A DNA stretch of 64,000 nt, from assembly GCA_017626035.1 (NCBI GenBank), contig JAGAJR010000017.1, forward strand, positions 85,628 to 149,627. Direction: 5' to 3'. Below, one piece after another: positions 49,987-59,500 of this stretch. The notes under the pieces are model-generated. The model searched no databases, had not been told where the DNA came from, and saw only the letters and a program-made list of their open reading frames with translations. This DNA comes from Alphaproteobacteria bacterium (GTDB lineage Bacteria; Pseudomonadota; Alphaproteobacteria; RF32; CAG-239). Both the position numbers and the translations under genes were made by a program. Each line of letters opens with the position of its first letter. Position 1 is the first letter of the stretch.

Positions 49987-50640
49987 TCAGACCTCCTTTA
50001 TAAACTTTGAAATATCTGCAAAACTTCGGAAAGGCAGCGTTTTAATTCCCTCTTCCCGACATTTTTCCAACAGGATTTTTTTGGCAAAAACATAGTCGGC
50101 CAATCGTGCGGCTTCAATATCCGGAGGACCGTCTCCGGCATAAATCACTTTAAAACCTTCCGATTGCAGTTTTCGGACAATGGAAGCCTTGGAAATTCCA
50201 ACCGCTTCATCATAATACGGAGAAGTTTTGTCCGGTTTGCTGATGAGCAAGCCTTGTTTTCCGTCATACTTCCCGTTATTGGTTACCAGCGTTATCCGGT
50301 AATTTTTGATTACTTCGCCAATCAGAATATTGATATAGTAATCGCAGCCGGCACTGCAAATGAAAACGGGGATATTCTTATCAAAACACAACGCAACCGT
50401 CCGGACAAATTCTTTATCCGTATAAATTTCAGAAATAAAAGATTTTAATTCGGTTTCCGGTGCCCTTAATTTTGAAAACATTTCCCGCAATGCTTCAAAA
50501 TGCGTTTTGGTTCCGCTCAGATATTCCCGCCAGGGGGTCAAAGCTTTATCGTCAAAATAACGCCGGGCAATATAAGTGAAAAAATCATCATCGCTGATTG
50601 TTCCGTCAAAGTCCGTTACAAAAGCAATTTTCGGCGTCAT
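49987..50640 (-). CDS. HAD-superfamily phosphatase/phosphotransferase
   Basis: IAFVTDFDGTIS (DxDGT motif I) and …YAGDGPPDIEAA (motif III). It is contiguous with the G1PDH-like gene; stop and start abut. Confidence 0.6.
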   Translation of the reverse strand: MTPKIAFVTDFDGTISDDDFFTYIARRYFDDKALTPWREYLSGTKTHFEALREMFSKLRAPETELKSFISEIYTDKEFVRTVALCFDKNIPVFICSAGCDYYINILIGEVIKNYRITLVTNNGKYDGKQGLLISKPDKTSPYYDEAVGISKASIVRKLQSEGFKVIYAGDGPPDIEAARLADYVFAKKILLEKCREEGIKTLPFRSFADISKFIKEV

Positions 50641-50762
50641 GACCTCTCCCTCTTCTTCAACAAGTTCTTAAATTCTATCCTCTGCCCCTTTACTTTTCAA
50701 GAGCTTTTATATTATAATATGAATGTTTTAGTTAACTATATAAGGTTTTATAAAAAAATAAT

Positions 50763-51803
50763 ATGTTTCTTTTAATATTTTTCGCTTCTTTGGCTATCGG
50801 AATATCATTTCTCTGTTCAGTGATGGAAGCGGCTCTTCTTTCCATTACTCCCAGTTTCATCGCCCAATTAGAAGAAAAAAGCCCCAAGTGGTATAAAAAA
50901 GTTTCAGCATTAAAACAAAATATTGACACGCCGCTGGCCGCCATTCTGACATTAAACACAATCGCCCATACGGTCGGAGCCGCAGGGGTCGGTGCTCAGG
51001 TTGCCGCCATGTACGGACAAGCTTATTTGGGGTTGGCATCCGGCGTTATGACTTTGGCAATTTTGATATTGTCTGAAATTCTGCCAAAAACAATCGGTGC
51101 CAAATATTGGAAGAAACTTGTTCCGGCAATGTGTATCACTCTAAGAATCATGGTTATCATTTTGAAACCGTTTTTATACATTTCCGACTTTATTATGGGA
51201 ATTTTCGGGGATGATTCTGACGCCTCCAGCATTAAAGACGAAATTAAAGCTCTGGCAAAAATGGGACGGGATGAAAATGTCATTGATGACAACAAATACC
51301 GTGTTATCCGCAACATTATCAACTTGCAGGAAGTTAAAGTCAAAGATGTTATGACCCCAAGAACCGTGGTTCATGTCGTGCGGCCGCACATGACTATCAA
51401 AGAGTTTGACAAGTTCATCTGCACCTCTCCTTTCTCCCGTTTTCCGATTATTGATGAGCAGGAGCAAAACTATTTGGGATATATTCACAAATCCAGTTCT
51501 TATAAAGCCGATGATAATGATGTGGTCGAGAAATATTCCCGTCCGATGCGAAGCTTTTCGGCTGACGCCCGTCTGGAAATCGTTCTCAGCAGTATGTTGG
51601 ACGATCATAACCATATGGCTTTGGTTATCGACCATTTTGAAAACTGGGTCGGCATTATCACGCTGGAGGACATTATTGAAACAATCCTCGGCAAGGAAAT
51701 TGTTGACGAGACAGACCAGGTTGCCGACATGCGGCTGTATGCCAAGTTAAAATGGAAAAAGAAAAAAGAGCAGAAAGGTATTTCTGCCGCTGCGGGAGAG
51801 TAA
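50763..51803 (+). CDS. CNNM/CorC-family (DUF21 + CBS pair) divalent cation transporter
   Basis: N-terminal DUF21 TM domain (…LLSITPSF…LAAILTLNTIAHTVGAAGVGAQVA…) and tandem CBS domains (…VKDVMTPR… and …HMALVIDHFENWVGIITLEDIIE…). Confidence 0.8.
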   Translation: MFLLIFFASLAIGISFLCSVMEAALLSITPSFIAQLEEKSPKWYKKVSALKQNIDTPLAAILTLNTIAHTVGAAGVGAQVAAMYGQAYLGLASGVMTLAILILSEILPKTIGAKYWKKLVPAMCITLRIMVIILKPFLYISDFIMGIFGDDSDASSIKDEIKALAKMGRDENVIDDNKYRVIRNIINLQEVKVKDVMTPRTVVHVVRPHMTIKEFDKFICTSPFSRFPIIDEQEQNYLGYIHKSSSYKADDNDVVEKYSRPMRSFSADARLEIVLSSMLDDHNHMALVIDHFENWVGIITLEDIIETILGKEIVDETDQVADMRLYAKLKWKKKKEQKGISAAAGE

Positions 51804-51894
51804 ACGTTTCTCTATAAATTCCTTGTTTTTCCGTTTCATATATGTTATTTTCAGGCAAATTTATATCTATTGTCTGACTTAATCGTATAATTTT

Positions 51895-52200
51895 ATGGAA
51901 GAATTTAAACCTATTATCATTGTCGGTGCAGTTATCGCCTTTATTCTCTGTTCGTATTTTATTTATTTAATAAAACGTTTTGAGAAGAAGCATCCGGAAA
52001 TCTTTACGGATAAAGCGTCCAAAGAACTCAAAAACAGATATCATCGTTTTACGATGAAAATTCTAGGCTGCACCGTTGCTTATCTTTACTTGTTTTTCGG
52101 ATTGATTTTCCTGCTTGCGGGAGGTTATTCGGAATTAATCGTCATTGGGGTTATCGGTATTTTATTGATTTTGATGATTTTTTCATCGAGAAAGAAATAA
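51895..52200 (+). CDS. small hypothetical membrane protein
   Basis: 101 aa with two hydrophobic helices separated by a basic loop. Confidence 0.4.
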   Translation: MEEFKPIIIVGAVIAFILCSYFIYLIKRFEKKHPEIFTDKASKELKNRYHRFTMKILGCTVAYLYLFFGLIFLLAGGYSELIVIGVIGILLILMIFSSRKK

Positions 52201-52215
52201 ATTACCGTATCGTAT

Positions 52216-52250
52216 GAAAAAAGGCTTGGCAACACCAAGCCTTTTTGCTT
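52216..52250 (+). terminator. rho-independent terminator
   Basis: ggcttgg-caaca-ccaagcc hairpin followed by TTTTTGCTT. Confidence 0.7.
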
Positions 52251-52345
52251 AATCCCCTGATAAAAAGATTAGCATTAAAATACGGCCTTTTGTGATTACA
52301 TTTTATTAGTAAATCAACCCTTAGATCTCTGAAAGGATAAATACT

Positions 52346-52828
52346 ATGAAAAATGCAATTACGCACACTGCGGGAAATAATTCCCGAGAAATATCTTCTC
52401 ACGGAACGGCTCACAGCGAATTTAAAAACTTTTTGGCCAATTTTTGGAATCTGGTTGACTTTCCGCATCATAAATTGGAAGAGACGGAACCTAAAATAGA
52501 AGTTTCCGAAAACAAAGACGCCGTTACGATTTCCGCTGAACTTCCGGGTGTCAAAGAAAATGACATTGATGTTCAGATTTCCTCTGACGGATATTTGACA
52601 ATCTCCGCCGAAAAAAGGAGCGAAACAGAGAAAAAAGAAAAAAACAATTATTTCTCTGAAATTTATTACGGTTCCGTTCAAAGAACCGTTCCTCTGCCTT
52701 GGGACTTGGATTTTCAAAAAGCAGACGCCGATTATAATGACGGTATTCTGAAAATTGCCATTCCGAAAACTCAAATTGAAAAATCCAAAGTGAAAAAAAT
52801 AAGCGTAAAAAAGGCGAAAAAGCAATAA
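52346..52828 (+). CDS. Hsp20/alpha-crystallin family small heat-shock protein
   Basis: …VTISAELPGVKENDIDVQISSDGYLTISAEKR…GSVQRTVPLPWDLDFQKADADYNDGILKIAIPK… is the alpha-crystallin domain signature. Confidence 0.85.
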   Translation: MKNAITHTAGNNSREISSHGTAHSEFKNFLANFWNLVDFPHHKLEETEPKIEVSENKDAVTISAELPGVKENDIDVQISSDGYLTISAEKRSETEKKEKNNYFSEIYYGSVQRTVPLPWDLDFQKADADYNDGILKIAIPKTQIEKSKVKKISVKKAKKQ

Positions 52829-52838
52829 CAATAAAGAA

Positions 52839-52872
52839 AAGGCTCCGCATTAACTGCAGAGCCTTTCCTTTT
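52839..52872. terminator. bidirectional terminator (hsp20 / 52890 gene)
   Basis: aaggctccgca / tgcagagcctt stem with 1 mismatch, flanked by A- and T-rich tracts. Confidence 0.55.
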
Positions 52873-52889
52873 AAGAGTAAGACGCCAGA

Positions 52890-54629
52890 TTATATTTCCA
52901 CGTTAAGGTTGTCGAAGTGATCCAATGGAACCACTTTGCTTTGTCCCTCGCCGAAGGAAACGGAAACTTTGTGTCCGGGCTTGGTCCACTTCAGCTCGCG
53001 GAAAAACTCCGATGAACCGGTAAACTCAATTCCTTTCACACCTTCAAACAAAAGGTAATAAGTGTTCCCTTCAAGGACGATGTCCTTCACGGTATATTCT
53101 TTTGTCTTTTGGGTAACCGGACCGTCTTGGATTTTATCCTGAACGGTTTTCTTCAGCATTCGCAGGTATGCCGTTTCCGCATCCTGTTTGCTGGAACCGC
53201 TTCCGACAGCCTGACGATTGGTTACGGCAACAAAGCAGTAGCCTACGACATTACCTGAACTACCTTTTAATGTCATAAAGTAAGTAGGAACGCCTCTTAC
53301 ATTATACAATACAGGATAGTTGGCTTTGTATGCTGCGGCTTTGGCAAAAGGTTGATCTTCGGCTATTTTCATAGCTTCGGATTCATTCATACCGGCAATG
53401 CGATAGAATTTTGCCTCCTTGGTTCTGGTGTCAACAAGCATAAAACCGTTGGTTGCGTTGTCTGCACCGGCACTTTGGATACCCGTATACCAATAACTCC
53501 GGCCGTTGGAGTAAACCAGCGTGGTGCCGGGAGTGGGTTCTTGAACGCCTACTTGAGCGAAACAACTGTTCCACCAACCTTTACCATACTCTCCCCAGCA
53601 ACGAATTTGATATTCCACAAAGTCTTTGGGTTGAATACGATCTATCCACTCTGGTACTTCATTGACTGCATATTCCTGCAAATCACCGTTTTGCGGATCT
53701 ACGGTAATCACGCCGACAGAATTTTCGCCGCCGAAGCCAATTTCCTGGTCATATACGCAAAGTACCCAGTAAGGTTTTCCGTTCGGGTCAATTTCAAGGC
53801 AGTGATCCGTCAAACCGCGTGAAGCATATCCGTTGTTTTTGATGTGTCTTTCGATATCGTCTCCAAAGGCACCGCTTTCGATATACTTCATTTTCAACGG
53901 TCGTCCGTTTACCTCGGTAACAAGATAAATCTTGGTTGCGTCGGTTGCCGAAACAATCACATATCCGTCAGTGTAGTCATTGCTTATCCACTTCCAGAAA
54001 GATCTGTGTTCCAGCGGGGCTATCCAAATCAAATCGTCTTTGAAGACCAGCTTTTTACCGCCGTTGATTGTAAATTCTCCGGTGATGTTCTGGATGGTCA
54101 TGTTGCCGATATATGCTTTGGAACCAAGACCTAAATCTTCTCCCAATTTGTCCTCAGCCACTTTTTTGGCCAAATCGCCGTCAACGGAAATCATTTTGTT
54201 GACAGGTATCGGGTGCACTTCGCTGTTGAAGGTGCTGTCCGAAACCATTTCAACGGTCAACAGTTTCTGGTACTTATTGGCGTTGAACATTTCCCAGCTT
54301 GTGGCTGCCATAACGAAAAACGCAATCAGGCAGACAATTACGGGAGCAGCATGCCAATACTTCGATTTTTTCCAGACAGTCTCTGAGTCGCCATACTTGT
54401 CTGGTTCAAAAAGACAAGTGATGAAACCGGCCAGAGACACGAGGAAGGCTTCACACCAGACACCGTGGAATCCCCACCACTGCATGACGGGAAGACCGAA
54501 GTAGTTGATTAGCCCGAAGAACAGAAAAACGATTACCGAACAGGTGGCGGTTGTTTTTTTGTTTTTGCCGTTATAGGCAGTTGCACCAAACAAGATGGTG
54601 AGAGCAAGAGAAAATAATACGTAACTCAT
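52890..54629 (-). CDS. membrane protein with four N-terminal TM helices and a large periplasmic domain (function unknown)
   Basis: 579 aa. TM segments lie within the first 120 aa and the remainder is soluble and W/Y/G-rich. It is the last gene of a three-gene minus-strand block. Confidence 0.5.
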   Translation of the reverse strand: MSYVLFSLALTILFGATAYNGKNKKTTATCSVIVFLFFGLINYFGLPVMQWWGFHGVWCEAFLVSLAGFITCLFEPDKYGDSETVWKKSKYWHAAPVIVCLIAFFVMAATSWEMFNANKYQKLLTVEMVSDSTFNSEVHPIPVNKMISVDGDLAKKVAEDKLGEDLGLGSKAYIGNMTIQNITGEFTINGGKKLVFKDDLIWIAPLEHRSFWKWISNDYTDGYVIVSATDATKIYLVTEVNGRPLKMKYIESGAFGDDIERHIKNNGYASRGLTDHCLEIDPNGKPYWVLCVYDQEIGFGGENSVGVITVDPQNGDLQEYAVNEVPEWIDRIQPKDFVEYQIRCWGEYGKGWWNSCFAQVGVQEPTPGTTLVYSNGRSYWYTGIQSAGADNATNGFMLVDTRTKEAKFYRIAGMNESEAMKIAEDQPFAKAAAYKANYPVLYNVRGVPTYFMTLKGSSGNVVGYCFVAVTNRQAVGSGSSKQDAETAYLRMLKKTVQDKIQDGPVTQKTKEYTVKDIVLEGNTYYLLFEGVKGIEFTGSSEFFRELKWTKPGHKVSVSFGEGQSKVVPLDHFDNLNVEI

Positions 54630-54729
54630 TTTGAAAAAATTTATTTGTTAGACAATTAATTATATACTCACAAAGTCTTAATTTTAAGACTTTCAGTATA
54701 CCATGGTTTTAGACAAAAAACAATATGTC

Positions 54730-55146
54730 TTAATCATTTTTTCGGTTGTCTAACCATTTTTCCCAAGGTTGGCCTTCTATCAGGAGGTTTTTCAAAAGCG
54801 GCCGACCATTTTCCGGAAGAGAGAAAACCAGTTTTAAATCAGGATTTTCCGTTCTTATTATCCGGTCTAACTCTTCCGCCGTTTGTTCCGGCAGATAAAA
54901 TCTGTAAACTCTTTCAAAATTTTCCAATGGGCATTTGTTTTCCTCAAAATTCGAACAGTCTGTTTTTTCCCACACCGGACGAAGCTGCAGATAATGTCCG
55001 GATATCAGGTTTCTGGGATCATAGCCTTCGGCCGCAACCGTAATTTCCGGAGAAAACCGCACCTTCCCTTCCAGCCAGACATTCCATGACAACAGGATGA
55101 TTATCGGAAAACACAACACAAAAACCAGTCCATATTTATTTTTCAT
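54730..55146 (-). CDS. GDYXXLXY-like secreted protein
   Basis: 138 aa with a signal/anchor, then …EGYDPRNLISGHYLQLRP…, a degenerate GDYxxLxY-type motif. It sits immediately after a DUF2157-like membrane gene, the known pairing, with stop and start sharing a base. Confidence 0.4.
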   Translation of the reverse strand: MKNKYGLVFVLCFPIIILLSWNVWLEGKVRFSPEITVAAEGYDPRNLISGHYLQLRPVWEKTDCSNFEENKCPLENFERVYRFYLPEQTAEELDRIIRTENPDLKLVFSLPENGRPLLKNLLIEGQPWEKWLDNRKND

Positions 55147-56306
55147 TACTTTTCTCCAACAAACCGGCGGCGGCCTTTAGCCCAAACAAACATTATCAAA
55201 AGCAAAACCGCTCCTGAAACGATTAAACCGACTCCTGTCGTCAACAAAGAGCCGAACACCTGAAGATAAACCACAAAAACACGCAAAGCGATTAATACCG
55301 TTATCAAATTAAACATTCTGCCGCTGTCGGTTCGATAAGCGTATCTTCCCAGCAAGAATAAAACGGACAGTGCCAGCAAAGCTCCCCAGATTTCGAAAAC
55401 CGTTCCGTTTTCAGGCAAAATCTGGGCAATTAATGTATACAAGAGGATAACAGCCAGGGCTTTTACCGTAATTCCGGACACTTGATAATAAGAAGATGCC
55501 GCATATAACGCCGCCACAGCCAAAGCGGTTGTGCTCCACACCATTATGCTTGAAGAAACGGAAGCAAAAAACGAAGACGGCATAAAGATTTTGGAATGGA
55601 AAATTCCGAAAGAAGCAATATCCAGCAAAATCACTTCTCCGGCAATAATTACGCCAACCCAGAATCCCATAGCTTTGGTAAGGTTCTTAAAACGCTCCGG
55701 AACAAAATACTTCATTAAAGAATAAATCAAAATCATGACAAACATGATGATTATTTCCAACAAAGCCGGAAAAGCATTGGCCAGATAATCCGCATAATAC
55801 CTTACCAGAGGAAATTCCAAACAAAACAGGAAAAACGCCGTAAAGAAAACCGGTATCCAGATAATCGGCAGAAGAATCTTTTTGCTGACAAACAATAAAG
55901 GAAAAACCAATACCGACCAAAACAACAAAGCTTTATATAAGGCGGAAGAAAGATTAAAAATCTGTCCGGTTAAGCCGATACTTCCCAATATCAATAAGGC
56001 GTAAAACAAAATCAAAACCTCGGTTTGAAAAGGTTTTCCCGATTTGTTGAAGCAATATATTCCCCGAGCGGACAGTATCAACAGCAGAAAGTCCGCCACA
56101 AGTTTTACGGTTGCGGGAACAGCTTCCCAATTTGAGGAAATGACGGATATAATTCCCAATCCGATGCAAAAAATCCCCAGAAACAACATTGAATATAAAA
56201 ATGCCGGACGGGTATGTTGTTTTTCGTATTCCAACACGGCTTCTTTTTGTTTAGAACTAATCAATCCGGCGGTTTCCCAATTATCCAGTTTTTTAGCAAT
56301 TCCCAT
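55146..56306 (-). CDS. DUF2157/DUF4401-like polytopic membrane protein
   Basis: 386 aa. The N-terminal …LDNWETAGLISSKQKEAVLEYEKQ… resembles the DUF2157 start, followed by about 10 TM segments. Confidence 0.45.
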   Translation of the reverse strand: MGIAKKLDNWETAGLISSKQKEAVLEYEKQHTRPAFLYSMLFLGIFCIGLGIISVISSNWEAVPATVKLVADFLLLILSARGIYCFNKSGKPFQTEVLILFYALLILGSIGLTGQIFNLSSALYKALLFWSVLVFPLLFVSKKILLPIIWIPVFFTAFFLFCLEFPLVRYYADYLANAFPALLEIIIMFVMILIYSLMKYFVPERFKNLTKAMGFWVGVIIAGEVILLDIASFGIFHSKIFMPSSFFASVSSSIMVWSTTALAVAALYAASSYYQVSGITVKALAVILLYTLIAQILPENGTVFEIWGALLALSVLFLLGRYAYRTDSGRMFNLITVLIALRVFVVYLQVFGSLLTTGVGLIVSGAVLLLIMFVWAKGRRRFVGEK

Positions 56307-56508
56307 TGTTTTTTACCTTCCGATTAAAAATTACCCTGAAAATATATCTTAAATAAAATTCTTAAACAATTGTTTTCAGCTATATTTTTCACAATTATTA
56401 AAAAATAGTTAAAAATCCGTGCATAACCCGGTAAGGATTATTGACGATAAAATCATGCTCGGATAAAAATGGTCGTGTCGGGGAAAATTTTTTTAGTGTG
56501 TTAATATA

Positions 56509-59500
56509 TTGAAGAATATAAAGTTAAACATACGTTTTTTTAAAAATGCAGTTGCAATTATAACAACGGCAGCATTTTTGTTTACATCAAACGCCGTTTA
56601 TGCGGCTCCTCCTCTTATGCCTTTAAGCTTGGGCCAGATGTATTCTCTGGCATCGCAGGGACAGGTTCGTGCTTTGCGTGGTGCCGTTCAACGCGGCCTT
56701 AACATTGACGTTATGGACAGGAACGGAAATACAGGTCTGTGCCACTCCATTTGGAAAAGAAACTATACGGCATACAATGCTTTTCAGGCTTCCGGAGCCA
56801 ATCCGCGGCATCCGTGTATTCAGAAAATTCCGACCGACAGATATGATTCCTTTATGTCGTCTTGGAGAGTTTCCGACGTAAAAGCCACTTCCCGTGAAGC
56901 TTACAACTACTTCAACGAAGGCGAATTTATCTTTTCAGACCGGGCTTTGTGGCTGGGCGGCCTCCTGCTCTTGGGCGGAGCTGCGGCTTTGGCTTTCGGC
57001 GGTGGCGGCGGCGGTGGCAGCAACTACTATTACCGTGATGTTTTCACACCGACGGATGACAGTCTGGGCGGTTTTGTCGGAACGGCTTCTCCTAATATTG
57101 CGGGTTATGTTCCGATAAAATATGATGCCCAAGCAGACGAAACAATTATCAATAAGGATAATTTTGCCCTTTCCAACAATGTTTCCGTTTCAATTAAGAA
57201 TCCTGAAACCGGCGTTGACGAACAAAAACAACTGGTTGACGTGATTAACTTTTCCGACTCGGTTTTGGAAAATACCAAGTATATGCAAGTCGGAATGAAA
57301 GCCTCTAACGGCGGATTTGTTCAAAACGGAGAAACTGCCGGAAGCGGCACGGAAATCACGCTCGGCGATGCCACTGCCGGAATGGTTGCTTTGCATAACG
57401 GACAATCCTTAAACAACGGAATGCTCCGCATTAACGCTCAAAACGGAACGGTCGGTATGATTTCCAGTGATAAGAGCGTTTCTCAAAACAACGGCAATAT
57501 CAACATGACCTTTACCGGCAACACAAATACCAGCCAGATTATGGGAATGTATGCGGACAGTTCCGCCATTGCCATTAACAATGGAACAATCGACGGCGAC
57601 TCTGTTGCCGAAAACGGCGGCACAATAGTTGGTATGCAGGCTCAAATCATCAATCAGGAAGCTACTCCGAACCCTGTTGAACCGACCAATCTGGTAAACT
57701 CAGATTCAGGAGACATTATTCTCAAAGCAACCGCCAACAACGGTGTAACGGTTTCAAAATCACTGGTCGGCATGGGAACTTATCTGGAACAAGATTTTCT
57801 TGACGGAGAAAAACTCATCCGCCGGGCCGGATATGTGGATATGACCAACAGCGGAGATATTGACATTTCCTTTAACATTAACGGAACCGGTGCTTACGGA
57901 ACAGACAGCGGCACGCTTATGGACGGTACCGGCGGATTTATCGGAATGAGAGCCGACGCCAACACCACCGCGAAGAATGCCGGAAATATTAAGGTTGCCG
58001 TTAATTCCGTTAATGCGGGAAGCGTTACCAATGCCCATGCCGCTATGGTTTCCGTTCACGGCGGTTCTATTCAAAACACCAAAGACAGTACCATTGAAGT
58101 AACCGGAGGAACCGGCGGGTATGGTATGTTGGCTGTTCGCGGAGAAGGCAAGAATCCGGAAATAGACGCAAGAAAACCTACCCTTACTAACAGTGCCGAT
58201 GCCTCTATTACCGTTGACAGTCTGAACGGTTTCGGTATGGCTACTTATCACGGCGGCACAATGTCTAACGCCGGCGACATTCATCTGCAATCCGTAGGTA
58301 CAGGTATGCACATCAATGCGGGAACAGCAACAAACTCCGGCAATATCCAGTTGGATAACAGCGGAGAAGGCATGGTTATCAAAAGAAATAACGGCAGTGT
58401 CGACGGAGCAACATATAATGCCAGCACCGCCAAAATAACCAATACCGCCGACGGCACAATCACCATCGACAAAGCCGCCAACGCCAAGGGTATGTATATT
58501 GAAGCTGGAACGGCTCAAAATGACGGAACAATCAATATCAATAACGACCAAAACACCCCTACCGACCCTTCTTACGGTATTCAGGCATTAGACGGTACGG
58601 TTATTAATACCGGCAGTATCAACATGGATGTTAAAACACCGAACGATGTTGACTCTTACGGTATTCACACCACAAACGCGAAGGCAACAAACGAAGCAAA
58701 CGGCACCATTACTTTTGAAATGAGAGGCGTCGGTATGCACACCGGAAGCGGCAGCAATACCAATAACGGAAAAATCATTATGAATGACGGCGGTACGGGT
58801 ATGTCGTCCGAAACCGGTACAATCTACAATAATCTCAACGCCTCAATCGAATTAAAAGATTCCGGAACCGGTATTTCTTCCACTTCAGGACAAGTCAACA
58901 ACCTTGGTACCGTTACGGTTGCCGGAGAAAACTCAACCGGTATCAATGCGGGCAGAAGCGTTGACAACAGCGGGGCAATCAATATGTCCGGCGGCGGAAT
59001 TGTCGGTATTGAAATCGGCGACAGCGGCAGTGTTATCAATAACACTAACGGTACCATCACCCTGACCGCCACCAGCAACAGTCTTGAAAATTACGGCATT
59101 AAAGGAACTTCCGGTGTTAACACCAGAGTTAACAATCTGGGCAATATCTCTTTAACCGGACGCGGATATCCTTCTTCCGTTGAACAGGGATACGGCATTT
59201 CCATTACCGAGGGCGAGGCTTATAACCGCGGCGACATTACTTTTGACGACATGTACGGGTTCGGAATGAACACGACGGAAGGTTTGCTCAGAAACTATGC
59301 TTCCATTGAACTTAATCTCGGCGGTGCCGGTATTAAAGGAACATCAGGAAAACTGTTCAACGAATCTACAGGAACGATTACCGTTAAGGGAACCCCTACC
59401 GGACAAAATTCTTATGGTATGCAGGTAGAGGACGGAACAGCTTGGAACGACGGCATCATTGACGTAACCGGCAACGGACAGGAAAATACGGACGCAGACA

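Noticed and set aside
52218-52345. Possible sigma32-type heat-shock promoter upstream of hsp20 (a cccctgat -10-like element)
   Set aside because: I could not find a convincing CTTGAA -35 at the right spacing. It is left as unassigned promoter space.
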